DNA from: an uncultured Veillonellaceae bacterium
Lineage (GTDB): Bacteria; Bacillota; Negativicutes; JARBTT01
Length of the DNA: 64,000 nucleotides
Direction: 5' to 3'
Assembly: GCA_963805085.1 (NCBI GenBank)
Contig: CAWDTA010000005.1
Coordinates: 384,001 to 448,000, forward strand
In this document: piece by piece, positions 19,902-30,493 of the stretch
Layout: each line of letters starts with the position of its first letter
Position numbering within the stretch: position 1 is the first letter of the stretch
Position numbers and translations under genes: made by a program
The notes under the pieces: generated by a model
What the model saw: only the letters and a program-made list of their open reading frames with translations
Databases searched by the model: none
What the model was told of the DNA's origin: nothing

Positions 19902-21239
19902 GTGAATACTTTGAATTGTCAAGGGCTAACAGGGAAGGTGATATTACCTTGCGACGCTGAATATAATAGGGCGAGACAAGTATACAATGAGGCAATAAAT
20001 AAATGTCCCTTAGCCATTTGTTATTGTTGTGATGTACAGGATATAGTCAATGCGTTATTATGTTCAGAAAGACAGGGAGTACAAGTGAGGATTCGTTCAG
20101 GCGGGCATAATTACGAGGGCTACTCTGTCGGTAACGATAAACTGGTTATAGATACTTCTTTCATGAATGATATCAAGATCAATTCTGAGGATGATATCGT
20201 TGAAGTACAAGCTGGAACGCGACTCATGCATTTGTATGAAACCCTCTATGATTCGGGATATACTTTTCCCGGTGGAACTTGTCCGACAGTAGCGATTTCT
20301 GGGTTGGTACTAGGGGGCGGTATAGGCTTATCTACACGATATCTGGGGCTTACGACTGATAATCTTATTGAAGCCCAAATGGTAGATGCTAATGGAAACC
20401 TGTTAACAGCAAACAATTGTCATAATGAGAATCTATTTTGGGCGTTGAGGGGAGCGGGAGGTGGGAATTTCGGGGTCGTGACCTCATACAAATTCCATCT
20501 GAAGAAGATAAACAAAATTACGCTCATTCAGTTAAGATGGGATAATAAGTCTGCTAGGCTTGAATTTTTGCGAGTCTGGCAAGAGTGGTTAAGAAATTTA
20601 GATCCGAGGATTAGTGCCTTCGGTAGAATATATAAGCCAGGCCCTCAGCTTTTTGGATTCTTTTACGGATATCCCGAGGAGGCTAGGCAGATTTTAGAGC
20701 CCTTGCTAAGTATACCGGGAATAACTTTTGAGAATATTGAGTATGTAGACTTTATTGAGGCTGTAAAGATAATAGGACAAATCTATCCGAAGCGGGAGGC
20801 TTTTAAATCTACAGGAAGATTTATCGAGCGACAGCTTTCACAGTGTGAAATGGAGAAAGTTATCGATATTGTTGAGGCCGCACCTACTGAGACCAATTCA
20901 TTTATTGGGTTGTATTCACTAGGCGGAGCCGTCAGCGATATGAAAACAGATAGTACCGCTTTCTTTTACAGGCAGGCTAACTATATAATGGGAATTACGT
21001 CTAGCTGGGAGATTGAAGCCACAGCGCCGATCCATAAAGAATGGGTAGTAGCAGGATTTAGGTATATTTATACTATATCTGTGGGTTCATATGTAAACTT
21101 CCCCTACAATAATTTGCCAAACTATGAGTGTGCCTATTATGGAGAACATGTACGAGAATTGTGGAGGATCAAGAAAGAGTATGATCCTCATAATGTGTTT
21201 GAGTTTCCGCAAAGTATTAAAACTGTCTACTGTGAATAG
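19902..21239 (+). CDS. FAD-linked oxidase, berberine-bridge-enzyme-like
   Basis: RSGGHNYEG, GGTCPTV, LFWALRGAGGGNFGVVT, KKEYDPHNVF. Confidence 0.92.
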   Translation: MNTLNCQGLTGKVILPCDAEYNRARQVYNEAINKCPLAICYCCDVQDIVNALLCSERQGVQVRIRSGGHNYEGYSVGNDKLVIDTSFMNDIKINSEDDIVEVQAGTRLMHLYETLYDSGYTFPGGTCPTVAISGLVLGGGIGLSTRYLGLTTDNLIEAQMVDANGNLLTANNCHNENLFWALRGAGGGNFGVVTSYKFHLKKINKITLIQLRWDNKSARLEFLRVWQEWLRNLDPRISAFGRIYKPGPQLFGFFYGYPEEARQILEPLLSIPGITFENIEYVDFIEAVKIIGQIYPKREAFKSTGRFIERQLSQCEMEKVIDIVEAAPTETNSFIGLYSLGGAVSDMKTDSTAFFYRQANYIMGITSSWEIEATAPIHKEWVVAGFRYIYTISVGSYVNFPYNNLPNYECAYYGEHVRELWRIKKEYDPHNVFEFPQSIKTVYCE

Positions 21240-21439
21240 TTCTGCTCGCTCTCTTTTATATTGGTAAATACAAATGGGAAGCTTGCAAAGGGTCTCAATC
21301 TCTGCCAAATGCGAGGTTGAGGCTCTTTTGTATTGTTTAACCCGAAACCCTTTATTGACCTATAATATAAATCAGTATATTATTCATAATATGTATCAAT
21401 TTAAAATAAGATACTTTTTTTGTATCATACGGAGGATAT

Positions 21440-22336
21440 ATGGACATTCGATTAATTCAAAATTTCTTAATGATTGCTGAAGAAGGAAGCGTTACAAGAG
21501 CAGCGTTGAGATTAAATATGTCTCAGCCTCCACTGAGTAGGCAATTAAAGCAGTTGGAAGATGAGTTAGGCGTAATTTTATTTGAACGTGGAAAACGTAA
21601 AATGCAATTAACGGAGGAGGGATATTTTCTTAAAAATAGAGGAATAGAAATCTTAGAGTTAGTAAAAAAGACGAAAGATCAGATTAAAGAAAAGTGTGAT
21701 GGTGCAAGTGGCACAATTTCTATTGGAACAATAGAAACATCTGGAGCCAAGGTTTTACCACTGCTAATTGCTAGATATAAAAAGAAATTTCCTAAAGTTC
21801 ATTTTGATATATGGAATGGAAGTTCAGACGATATTATAGAACGCCTAGATAAGGAACTTTTAGATATAGGAATTGTTAGAGCGCCGTTTGATACTGAACG
21901 GTATAAAAGCATTTATTTACCTAAAGAGCCTTGGGTCATATTAATTCACAGAGACCATGTTTTAGCAAAAAATGAAGATGCTACGATTGAATTAACTTCT
22001 TTAGCAAATCAACCATTAATTATTCCTTCTACGGCAGCACTTGGAGTGGAAATAAATCACTGGTTTAAATCAGCTGGAATAACGCCAAACATTTTTTGTG
22101 TTTATAATGCATTGATGAGTGCTATAGTTTTAGTTAGAAATAATATGGGAGTCGTGGTATGTCCATCATCGGCCAAAAGTATTCTAACGGATGATAATCT
22201 GGTTTATAAACAAATAGTTAATCCAAGCGTAGAATCACAATCGGTAATTATATGGAAAAAATATAAATACTTATCTAGTATAGTTAATAATTTCCTTATT
22301 ACGGCACAAGAAGAAGCGGATATACTAATGAAATAA
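21440..22336 (+). CDS. LysR family transcriptional regulator
   Basis: AALRLNMSQPPLSRQLKQLEDELGVILFER. Confidence 0.96.
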   Translation: MDIRLIQNFLMIAEEGSVTRAALRLNMSQPPLSRQLKQLEDELGVILFERGKRKMQLTEEGYFLKNRGIEILELVKKTKDQIKEKCDGASGTISIGTIETSGAKVLPLLIARYKKKFPKVHFDIWNGSSDDIIERLDKELLDIGIVRAPFDTERYKSIYLPKEPWVILIHRDHVLAKNEDATIELTSLANQPLIIPSTAALGVEINHWFKSAGITPNIFCVYNALMSAIVLVRNNMGVVVCPSSAKSILTDDNLVYKQIVNPSVESQSVIIWKKYKYLSSIVNNFLITAQEEADILMK

Positions 22337-22613
22337 TAAAAGTCTAACTCATATTTAAAAATTTTTGACTAAAATAATTTGTCTTATACAATTGGAGACA
22401 AACACTTATAGATGTGAAAATGAATGCAATAAATCATTGAGTTGGACTTCAAATAATAGTTAATGAAGAAAATCCCCAATCATAGGAAAATAAAACTATC
22501 CTATGATTGGGGATTTGTATGTCAGGTGAGAAAATATGAAACATTATGCCAATAGCTTAAAACTATAATACTTAAAGAATATGAAGATGGCGCATTGTTT
22601 TATGCGTTTTATT

Positions 22614-22628
22614 ATACTTTAAAAGTAT
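22614..22628. promoter_or_regulatory. LysR box ATAC-N7-GTAT (second copy at 21411-21425)
   Basis: Same T-N11-A dyad upstream of both lysR and the MFS gene. Confidence 0.55.
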
Positions 22629-22774
22629 GATAAATGAAAAGTAATAGGTATTGGACATTGATCGTTATATTTGTTATCCTTTTCAAGGAATCAATATAAA
22701 ACATCATGCAGGAAAAACATTAAATACTTATAAGGCAGTAGATCATTAAGTAGAACTATAATTTAAAAGAAAGG

Positions 22775-23977
22775 ATGACTTTCATGGACTATTACATCCA
22801 AAAAGGCAGTAAGGGGTATTGGTCAACAATTGCAGCCCTTTTTCTTGGCAGTTTTGTAACGTTTGCGCTCTTATATTGCTTTCAGCCTCTTATTCCAGTA
22901 TTTTCTTCTTCATATGGCATTGCCCCATCAATAGCCAGTCTATCAATCTCACTTACGACTGCTAGTATGGCTATTGCGATGCTATTTATGTCATCTTTTT
23001 CTGACCTAAAAGGTCGTAAATCGCTTATGGTGATTTCATTAATTGGATCGACAGTATTGACATTGATTTTGCCTTTTATTGAGAATTTTTATCTGTTGCT
23101 ATTTTTGCGAGTGTTACAGGGAATTCTGATTGCTGGATATCCAGCAATTGCGATGACTTATATTCAGGAAGAATTTGATCCAGCGATTACTGGTACAGTT
23201 ATGGGAATTTTCGTGAGCGGAAACTCTATTGGTGGTTTGCTTGGACGGCTTATCGTTAGTACCGTATCTGATTTTTATTCTTGGCAAGTAGCCATTGGCT
23301 GTATAGGTATTATCTGCGGGGGGATTAGCCTTTGGTTTTTTATAAAGCTTCCAGTTTCTCAAAATTTTAAAGTTAAAAATACTTCATGGCAACAACTTAT
23401 TGCTAAGTTTCGCGAGAATTTACAATGTGGTGAACTAATTTGCTTTTATCTTATTGCGTTCTGTGTAATGGGTAGCTTTGTTGCTCTTTATAATTATGTA
23501 GAATATCCGCTTATTGCTCCTCCGTATTCGCTGAGTCAGACGGTTGTAGGATTTATCTTTGTTATCTATCTATGTGGAACATTTAGTTCTATTTTTTTAG
23601 GAAAGATTGCTGATAAACACGGGGCAGAGAGTGTACTCTTATTTTCGCTTTTTCTTATGCTAGTGGGTGTATTGATTACACTGCTTATGCCATTGATGAT
23701 GAAAATTTTCGGTATTGCTGTGTTCACCTTTGGATTTTTTGGTAGTCATTCTATTGCTAGCAGTTGCGTTGTAAAAGTTCTTCCTCACGGAAAAGTGCAG
23801 TCTTCTGCACTATATCTTCTTTTTTATTATGTAGGATCGAGTTTCCTGGGATCCTTGGGAGGGGAATTCCTACTTTGGTATGGCTGGGAAGGCGTAGTTT
23901 TTCTCATTAGTATAGCTATAAGTATTGCAATGGTAATATCGTTTCTATTGCTTTTGCATAAAAGAAGGAATAAGTAA
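22775..23977 (+). CDS. MFS transporter, YnfM/YybF-like
   Basis: FALLYCFQPLIP, GNSIGGLLGR, SSALYLLFYYVGSS. Confidence 0.92.
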   Translation: MTFMDYYIQKGSKGYWSTIAALFLGSFVTFALLYCFQPLIPVFSSSYGIAPSIASLSISLTTASMAIAMLFMSSFSDLKGRKSLMVISLIGSTVLTLILPFIENFYLLLFLRVLQGILIAGYPAIAMTYIQEEFDPAITGTVMGIFVSGNSIGGLLGRLIVSTVSDFYSWQVAIGCIGIICGGISLWFFIKLPVSQNFKVKNTSWQQLIAKFRENLQCGELICFYLIAFCVMGSFVALYNYVEYPLIAPPYSLSQTVVGFIFVIYLCGTFSSIFLGKIADKHGAESVLLFSLFLMLVGVLITLLMPLMMKIFGIAVFTFGFFGSHSIASSCVVKVLPHGKVQSSALYLLFYYVGSSFLGSLGGEFLLWYGWEGVVFLISIAISIAMVISFLLLLHKRRNK

Positions 23978-24019
23978 ATTTGTAAAAGTAGTAGTATGCT
24001 ATTACTTTTACAAATTTAC

Positions 24020-24050
24020 TTGACTTAGAGTTGACTCCAGATGATATGAT
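24020..24050 (+). promoter_or_regulatory. MerR-type promoter/operator 1
   Basis: TTGACT-19bp-TATGAT with the TAGAGT/ACTCCA dyad in the spacer. Confidence 0.88.
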
Positions 24051-24097
24051 ACATTTATAAATTAGGAATCTTAAACTAAGGTCAGGAGGTGATTTTT

Positions 24098-24484
24098 ATG
24101 TTGATTGCAGAAGTAAGTGCAAAATATGATCTTTCTGCCGACACGCTCCGCTATTATGAACGTATTGGACTTATTCCAGAGGTACATCGCAATAAGAGCG
24201 GTATCCGTGATTATACAGAAGAGAACTGCAGGTGGGTTGAGTTTATCAAATGCATGCGAGTTGCTGGATTACCAATCGAAGTATTGATCGATTATGTCGC
24301 AATGTTTCAGCAGGGCGATTCGACAATCGCGGAGAGAAAAGAACTGCTCATTGAGCAACGTAGAAAATTGGTTAAAAAATTGGAAGCTATGCAAGAAACG
24401 ATCAATCATCTGGATTACAAAATCAAGAGATATGATGATTTAGTTATAAAAAAAGAAAATCAAATGAAAATACCGAAATTTTAG
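24098..24484 (+). CDS. MerR family regulator, AdhR/NmlR-like
   Basis: ADTLRYYERIGLIP..RNKSGIRDY..FIKCMR (conserved Cys). Confidence 0.92.
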   Translation: MLIAEVSAKYDLSADTLRYYERIGLIPEVHRNKSGIRDYTEENCRWVEFIKCMRVAGLPIEVLIDYVAMFQQGDSTIAERKELLIEQRRKLVKKLEAMQETINHLDYKIKRYDDLVIKKENQMKIPKF

Positions 24485-24665
24485 AATAGAGAAGCTTTTG
24501 GGCGATGCAGATGTCACATTGCCTCATAAAGTTTTGAATCTTAAAAGACAAAGTATTTTTATAATTTAATAAAGATTATAAAATGAATTTCATGAAATCC
24601 TTTTGGGATGTTGCAATATTAAGTAACATCCTATTTGTTTTTATCAAAAATTCCAACTGAAATGC

Positions 24666-24696
24666 TTGACTTAGAGTCAACTCCAGATGATATGAT
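24666..24696 (+). promoter_or_regulatory. MerR-type promoter/operator 2
   Basis: TTGACT-tagagtcaactccagatga-TATGAT. Confidence 0.88.
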
Positions 24697-24829
24697 GAGT
24701 GCAAGCTAAGCTATTCGTATAGTAGAAGGAGCTAAATACGTATTGAAGCCAGGAAAATATTTCATTTATTGATAACGATTTTTGAAACATATAAAATAGA
24801 AATAGTGGATAGAATTGGAGTGGGCGGAA

Positions 24830-26152
24830 ATGGACAAAAAAAATAAAAGGTTTTCCAGGCGAAAGTTTATAAAGATTGCTGGCGGAATCTTTGCAGGTTT
24901 CGCCGCGCTATATACATTCCTACCGGGGATGCGGTCATGGCCACAACAGGCGGCTAATTCGGCAAAAGAGATTGCTGAGCACTATCTGCCAATGGGTGAT
25001 GTGGATGCAGTAGCTGTCCGCCAGATTATCACGGAGGATAGTTCTAATTCGCGGACGATCATGTGGCAGTCAGAACTTACCGAAAAAGACGCTGTCGTAG
25101 AATATCGGAGAAGAGGTAAAGAGGATATAAAATCCAGCATGGCGACTGATGAGAAATTTACCGATGATAAAACGATAACCTATATACATACGACAATGTT
25201 GAAGGATTTAACCGCGGGTGCGCAATATGAATACCGTGTCGGCTATGAGGATAAACGCAGCGATTGGCACGAGTTGAATACCGATGATGGGGGCAACTTT
25301 AAGGCACTCATTTTCCCGGATTCTCAGTCCAATGATTATAGTGACTGGAAGAATCTTGCCCAGTTTGCCAGAAAGGAAAACCCTGATGCGGCTTTTTTTG
25401 TCAATATGGGCGATCTGGTCGATAATGGCGAGGATCACACCCAGTGGCGGGAATGGTTCGATTCCATTCATGGTATCATCGATACCATTCCTGTGGCACC
25501 GATCATGGGAAACCATGAAACCTATAATTTGGACTGGAAAGTGAGAATGCCGGAGGCTTATCTACACCTTTTTTCCCTACCACCTAATGGTGATGTCGAA
25601 CGCCAAAACCAGTTTTATTCCTTTAACTATGGCGCGGTTCATTTCATTGTTTTAAACACACAGTTCGATGAAATGGAGCAGTTCCAGCCAGGTCTTTTAG
25701 CAGCGGAAAAGGAATGGTTCGTAAATGACATTACGCAAACTCGGAAAAAGTGGAAAGTTGTTTTGATGCATAAAGATGTTTTGACCTATGCAAACAGGAG
25801 ACGAAGTGATCGTCAGGCGGGAATTTCTGATATCGGCAAAGAATGGATGCCGCTATTTGACCAATATGGCATCGATGTCGTACTTACGGGCCATCTTCAT
25901 ACTTACCGTCGCCGAGATCGTTTATATAATTTTCAGCCGGATACGCGTGGTCCGCTCTATATCGTCACTGGCGTCGCTGGAAATGTCCGTTATCCGAATC
26001 TTTGGATAGACCATCCCTTTGATAAAGCAGTAGCCCCGCAGCCGGAAACGGATAACTACATGACACTGGAAGTAGCGGAAAATACCCTAAAATTAGCGTC
26101 GTTTCTGCCATCAGGGGAACAGATCGATCAGGTGGAAATAGTTAAAAAATAG
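24830..26152 (+). CDS. Tat-exported purple-acid-phosphatase-like metallophosphoesterase
   Basis: SRRKFIK twin-arginine signal; DSQ, GDLVD, GNHE, GHLH motifs; FN3-like N-domain. Confidence 0.88.
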   Translation: MDKKNKRFSRRKFIKIAGGIFAGFAALYTFLPGMRSWPQQAANSAKEIAEHYLPMGDVDAVAVRQIITEDSSNSRTIMWQSELTEKDAVVEYRRRGKEDIKSSMATDEKFTDDKTITYIHTTMLKDLTAGAQYEYRVGYEDKRSDWHELNTDDGGNFKALIFPDSQSNDYSDWKNLAQFARKENPDAAFFVNMGDLVDNGEDHTQWREWFDSIHGIIDTIPVAPIMGNHETYNLDWKVRMPEAYLHLFSLPPNGDVERQNQFYSFNYGAVHFIVLNTQFDEMEQFQPGLLAAEKEWFVNDITQTRKKWKVVLMHKDVLTYANRRRSDRQAGISDIGKEWMPLFDQYGIDVVLTGHLHTYRRRDRLYNFQPDTRGPLYIVTGVAGNVRYPNLWIDHPFDKAVAPQPETDNYMTLEVAENTLKLASFLPSGEQIDQVEIVKK

Positions 26153-26240
26153 AGATAGTAAGATACACGTTGATACGACCGGGGATGATAAAAATATATG
26201 TATCTGTGAACTTTTTATTGGTTTGCCTCTCAAATAGTAC

Positions 26241-26271
26241 TTGACTTGGAGTCAACTCCAAGTTGTACAAT
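26241..26271 (+). promoter_or_regulatory. MerR-type promoter/operator 3 (lar-AKR operon)
   Basis: TTGACT-tggagtcaactccaagttg-TACAAT; dyad ACTTGGAGT-ca-ACTCCAAGT. Confidence 0.9.
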
Positions 26272-26409
26272 GAATTTATCAGTAAAAAATTGCTGATTTT
26301 CAAAATAGAGTCTTTTGTATTCCATTTTAAAATAGCTAAAAGGTATTTAACTTAAAGTTAGTTACGAAGAATAAAGGTGAATAAAAATTATGATATGGAG
26401 AATTCAATA

Positions 26410-27681
26410 ATGAAAGTGTTATATTATGATTGTTTTTGTGGCATCAGCGGCGATATGAATCTAGGTGCATTGCTGGATTTGGGAGTGGATGAAGACTACC
26501 TAAGGCAGGAGTTGTCTAAGCTCAATCTGGATGTTGAATATGAGCTGCAGGTAAAAAAGGATAATAAAAGTGGAATAAGCGGAACTAGAGTGGATGTAGT
26601 CTTAAAAAACGCAATGCATGTTCATAAGCATGAACATGACCACCATGATAATGACCATCATCATGAAGAACCGACTGGAATGGAGTCTGACACTTTGCAT
26701 ACGCATCATGCGCATAGAAATTTTAAGGATATTGAAAATATAATAGTAAACAGTACTTTAAGTGATCGGGTAAAGAAGTTAAGCTTGGATATTTTTATGA
26801 AGGTAGCAGAAGCAGAAGCAAAGGTTCATGGAAAACCTCTATATGAAGTGCATTTCCATGAGGTTGGGGCCGTTGACTCAATTGTTGATATTGTGGGAGC
26901 TGCTGTGTGTTTAGATTATTTAAAGGTGGATAAGATTATGGCTTCATCGGTTCAAGTAGGCGGAGGGTTTGTAAAATGTGCGCATGGTATCATTCCAATT
27001 CCTGCTCCGGCAACTGTTGAAATTTTAAAAAACATTCCTATGAAATCAGGTATAGTGCAGTTTGAAACGACTACTCCTACCGGGGCGGCGATATTAGCGG
27101 CAAATGTAGGCTCATTTACAGACCACATGGACTTTACCGTAGAAAAGATTGGCTATGGAATAGGTCATAGAGATCTTGAGATTCCTAATGTTTTAAGGCT
27201 ATATCTTGGCTATAAAGATAGAAACGATAAAAAAGAAGAGCAATATATATTGGAGACCAATATTGATGATATGAATCCAGAACTCTACGGTTATATAGAA
27301 GAAAAACTTTTTAAACAAGGGGCTTTGGATGTATTTAAGACGGCAATTTACATGAAAAAAGGCAGGGCTGCGATAAAGCTCAGTATATTAGTTAATGAGA
27401 AAGAGGAAGAAAACGTACTTGACGTAATTTTCCGTGAGACGACTTCCATAGGTCTTAGAAAATACAAGGTTGAAAAAATTATGTTGTCGAGAGACTTCGT
27501 AAAGATCAGCACACAGTACGGAAATGTAACGGTCAAAAATGCATATTATCAAGGCGAAAAAGTGAAGTATAAACCAGAGTATGAAGATTGCAAACGAATA
27601 GCCAATGAAAAAAACATACCTATTTCCAGAGTATACCAAGAAGTTTATAAAATTATAGGGGACAATGAGAATGATAAATAA
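26410..27681 (+). CDS. larC: Nickel-pincer cofactor nickel insertase
   Basis: GISGDM, His-rich linker, HFHEVGAVDSIVDI, CAHG, ETNIDD, KPEYED. Confidence 0.95.
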   Translation: MKVLYYDCFCGISGDMNLGALLDLGVDEDYLRQELSKLNLDVEYELQVKKDNKSGISGTRVDVVLKNAMHVHKHEHDHHDNDHHHEEPTGMESDTLHTHHAHRNFKDIENIIVNSTLSDRVKKLSLDIFMKVAEAEAKVHGKPLYEVHFHEVGAVDSIVDIVGAAVCLDYLKVDKIMASSVQVGGGFVKCAHGIIPIPAPATVEILKNIPMKSGIVQFETTTPTGAAILAANVGSFTDHMDFTVEKIGYGIGHRDLEIPNVLRLYLGYKDRNDKKEEQYILETNIDDMNPELYGYIEEKLFKQGALDVFKTAIYMKKGRAAIKLSILVNEKEEENVLDVIFRETTSIGLRKYKVEKIMLSRDFVKISTQYGNVTVKNAYYQGEKVKYKPEYEDCKRIANEKNIPISRVYQEVYKIIGDNENDK

Positions 27682-28477
27682 TGAAAAATATCTAAACTTA
27701 ATTAATTCTTTAAAAAATATGGGGAAAGTCATCTTAGCTTTCTCTGGAGGCGTAGACAGTACTTTTTTACTAAAAGTAGCTAAAGAGACATTAGGCAATA
27801 ACGTTAAAGCAGTAACAATACAATCTCCTTATATTCCAAAATGGGAAATTGAAGAAGCAAAACAGTTAGTAGCCGAACTTGGGGTAGAGTTTGAAATCTT
27901 AGAGGCACCTATTATTGATGAAATTAGAAACAACCCTGAAAATAGATGTTATTTATGTAAAACGGCAGTCTTTAGTCAGATAAAAGCAATTGCAAAAAAG
28001 GAAGGGTATCCTTACGTTATTGATGGTACAAATTTTGATGATATTGGTGATTACAGGCCTGGCTTAAAAGCACTGAGTGAACTGAATATAAAAAGTCCTT
28101 TATTAGAGTGTCAATTGACCAAACAAGAAATAAGAAATTTATCTAAAGAGTTAGGACTTGCCACTTGGGATAAACCACCATATGCATGTCTGCTTACAAG
28201 AATACCCTACGGTAATAAACTGAAAGAAGAAGACTTTATCAAGATAGAAAAAGCCGAAAGATATATGATGGAGAGGGGCTTTCGAGCAATTCGTGTGCGG
28301 TGCCATGAAGATTTGGCGAGAATTGAAGTGGATAAAAAGGATAGAAGTAAATTATTTAATGAGGTACTTTTTGACGAAATTTCTGGTAAGTTTAAAGAAT
28401 TTGGCTTTAAGTATGTAACTTTAGATTTAGAAGGATATAGGGTCGGGAGTTTTAATGAGACAATAGAAATTAAATAG
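27665..28477 (+). CDS. larE: Nickel-pincer cofactor sulfur transferase (CxxC..C, Fe-S type)
   Basis: PP-loop SGGVDS, RCYLCK, DYRPG, ACLLTRIPYG. Confidence 0.95.
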   Translation: MRMINNEKYLNLINSLKNMGKVILAFSGGVDSTFLLKVAKETLGNNVKAVTIQSPYIPKWEIEEAKQLVAELGVEFEILEAPIIDEIRNNPENRCYLCKTAVFSQIKAIAKKEGYPYVIDGTNFDDIGDYRPGLKALSELNIKSPLLECQLTKQEIRNLSKELGLATWDKPPYACLLTRIPYGNKLKEEDFIKIEKAERYMMERGFRAIRVRCHEDLARIEVDKKDRSKLFNEVLFDEISGKFKEFGFKYVTLDLEGYRVGSFNETIEIK

Positions 28478-28512
28478 CCCGATCTAATCTCAAAATATTT
28501 CGGGAGGAAATA

Positions 28513-29259
28513 ATGAATAAGTTGGATATAAAAAAACTCTTGCAAAGCGTAAAAGACAATGAAACAGAAATCGAAACAGCGATGAAAATTATTGAAGATT
28601 TACCTTATACGGAATTGGGATTTGCCAAGATTGATAATCATCGTGAAGTACGGGTAGGATATCCAGAAGTGATCTATTGTGAAGGAAAAACAGTCGAGCA
28701 AGTGAAGAGTATCATAGAGGTTATGCTGAGTAAGGATAATAATATATTAGCAACCCGCGCGAGCGAAGAGATGTATGAGGCAGTAAAAGCTATCTGTACA
28801 GAAGCGCAATATAATCCTATGGGAAGAACGATCACCATTCGAAAGCGAGAAGAACAGCTTACTGACAGTTATATTGCCATTATTTCGGCTGGAACTTCTG
28901 ATTTACCAGTCGTCGAGGAGGCAGCGGAAACAGCTATCATTTTAGGAAATCGCGTGGAAAAAATCGTGGATGTGGGAGTTGCTGGGATACATAGGCTTTT
29001 CTCGAAGATGGAGGTCATTCGTGGTGCAAAGGTAGTGATTGTAATTGCAGGTATGGAAGGAGCACTTGCCAGCGTTATAGGTGGTCTTGTAGATAAGCCA
29101 GTGATTGCTGTCCCTACAAGTGTTGGCTATGGGGCAAATTTTGGCGGTCTTTCGGCTCTATTATCCATGCTCAACAGTTGTGCAAGCGGTGTTAGTGTAG
29201 TTAATATCGATAATGGTTTTGGCGCAGGTTATAATGCCAGTATAATTAATAAATTGTGA
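28513..29259 (+). CDS. larB: Nickel-pincer cofactor carboxylase/hydrolase
   Basis: AGTSD, DVGVAGIHR, AGMEGAL, PTSVGYG, NIDNGFGA. Confidence 0.96.
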   Translation: MNKLDIKKLLQSVKDNETEIETAMKIIEDLPYTELGFAKIDNHREVRVGYPEVIYCEGKTVEQVKSIIEVMLSKDNNILATRASEEMYEAVKAICTEAQYNPMGRTITIRKREEQLTDSYIAIISAGTSDLPVVEEAAETAIILGNRVEKIVDVGVAGIHRLFSKMEVIRGAKVVIVIAGMEGALASVIGGLVDKPVIAVPTSVGYGANFGGLSALLSMLNSCASGVSVVNIDNGFGAGYNASIINKL

Positions 29260-29319
29260 GATAACTGATGCCTGTAAAAATGATATCAAAACAAATTAAA
29301 ATAAAAGGGGCCTAAAGAT

Positions 29320-30441
29320 ATGGAAAAGAAAAAATTAGGATTTGGCTTTATGCGTTTACCTTTGAAAAGTAAGAATGATCCAGAAAGTATTGATAAGGAT
29401 GCATTAAATCAAATGGTAGATACTTTTTTGGAAAGAGGGTTTACCTATTTTGATACAGCGTATATGTACCATTCAGGGAAAAGTGAGGCAGCAATAAGAG
29501 AAGCTTTGGTTAAGCGGCATAAAAGAGACAGCTTTACTTTAGCAACAAAATTGCCAACAATGTTTTTAAAAACAAAGCAAGATCAGGAAAGAATATTTAA
29601 CGAACAATTAGAAAAGTGTGGCGTAGAGTACTTCGACTACTATCTGTTACACAACCTTGGTATAACAAATTATGAGACAGCACAGAAGCTTGATAGTTTT
29701 ACCTTTATTCAAAAAAAGAAAAAAGAAGGAAAGATCAGACAGATTGGATTTTCTTTTCATGATACTGCCGAGTTATTAGACGAAATATTAACAGCACATC
29801 CGGAAGCCGAGTTTGTTCAATTACAGATTAATTATCTAGATTGGGACAATGAAAGCATTCAGTCAAGGAAATGCTATGAAGTAGCAAGAAAACATAATAA
29901 ACCGGTTATTGTTATGGAACCTGTCAAAGGTGGTATGCTGGCAAGACTGCCTGAAAAAGCAGAAGAGTTATTAAAAAAATATCATCCAGATATGTCGATA
30001 CCATCATGGGCTATACGTTATGTGACAAGTCATGAGGGCGTCATGATGGTATTAAGTGGGATGTCTGATATAAAGCAGTTACGGGATAATACAGGTTATA
30101 TGCAGGACTTCAAGCCGTTTGTGCAGGAGGAATATGAACTTGTTAAAAATGCAGTTAAGATTATTAACGAGTCTATTGCGATTCAATGTACAGCCTGTCA
30201 GTACTGTGTAGATGACTGTCCAAAAAATATAGCAATTCCGAAGTATTTTGCATTATACAATACAGAAAAACAATCCCCGCCATCCCAATTTTCCATACAA
30301 CGAGTATATTATGACAATTACACAAAAAAGCATGGTAAGGCGTCAGACTGTATCGGATGCAAACAATGTGAAAAAAGCTGCCCACAGCATATTGAGATTA
30401 TAAAACATCTAAAGGATGTAGCTGCTGTTTTTGAAGCATAA
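29320..30441 (+). CDS. Aldo-keto reductase with C-terminal 2x[4Fe-4S] domain
   Basis: [23 protein letters not shown]; [12 protein letters not shown] and [12 protein letters not shown]. Confidence 0.92.
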   Translation: MEKKKLGFGFMRLPLKSKNDPESIDKDALNQMVDTFLERGFTYFDTAYMYHSGKSEAAIREALVKRHKRDSFTLATKLPTMFLKTKQDQERIFNEQLEKCGVEYFDYYLLHNLGITNYETAQKLDSFTFIQKKKKEGKIRQIGFSFHDTAELLDEILTAHPEAEFVQLQINYLDWDNESIQSRKCYEVARKHNKPVIVMEPVKGGMLARLPEKAEELLKKYHPDMSIPSWAIRYVTSHEGVMMVLSGMSDIKQLRDNTGYMQDFKPFVQEEYELVKNAVKIINESIAIQCTACQYCVDDCPKNIAIPKYFALYNTEKQSPPSQFSIQRVYYDNYTKKHGKASDCIGCKQCEKSCPQHIEIIKHLKDVAAVFEA

Positions 30442-30493
30442 TTTTCTTAGATAGGAGCTAGAAAAATTTTAAGAAGGAAGGCGCAATCGCTAT

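Noticed and set aside
26617-26715. CAT/GAC-rich repeat-like tract
   Set aside because: It is the normal His-rich linker of LarC
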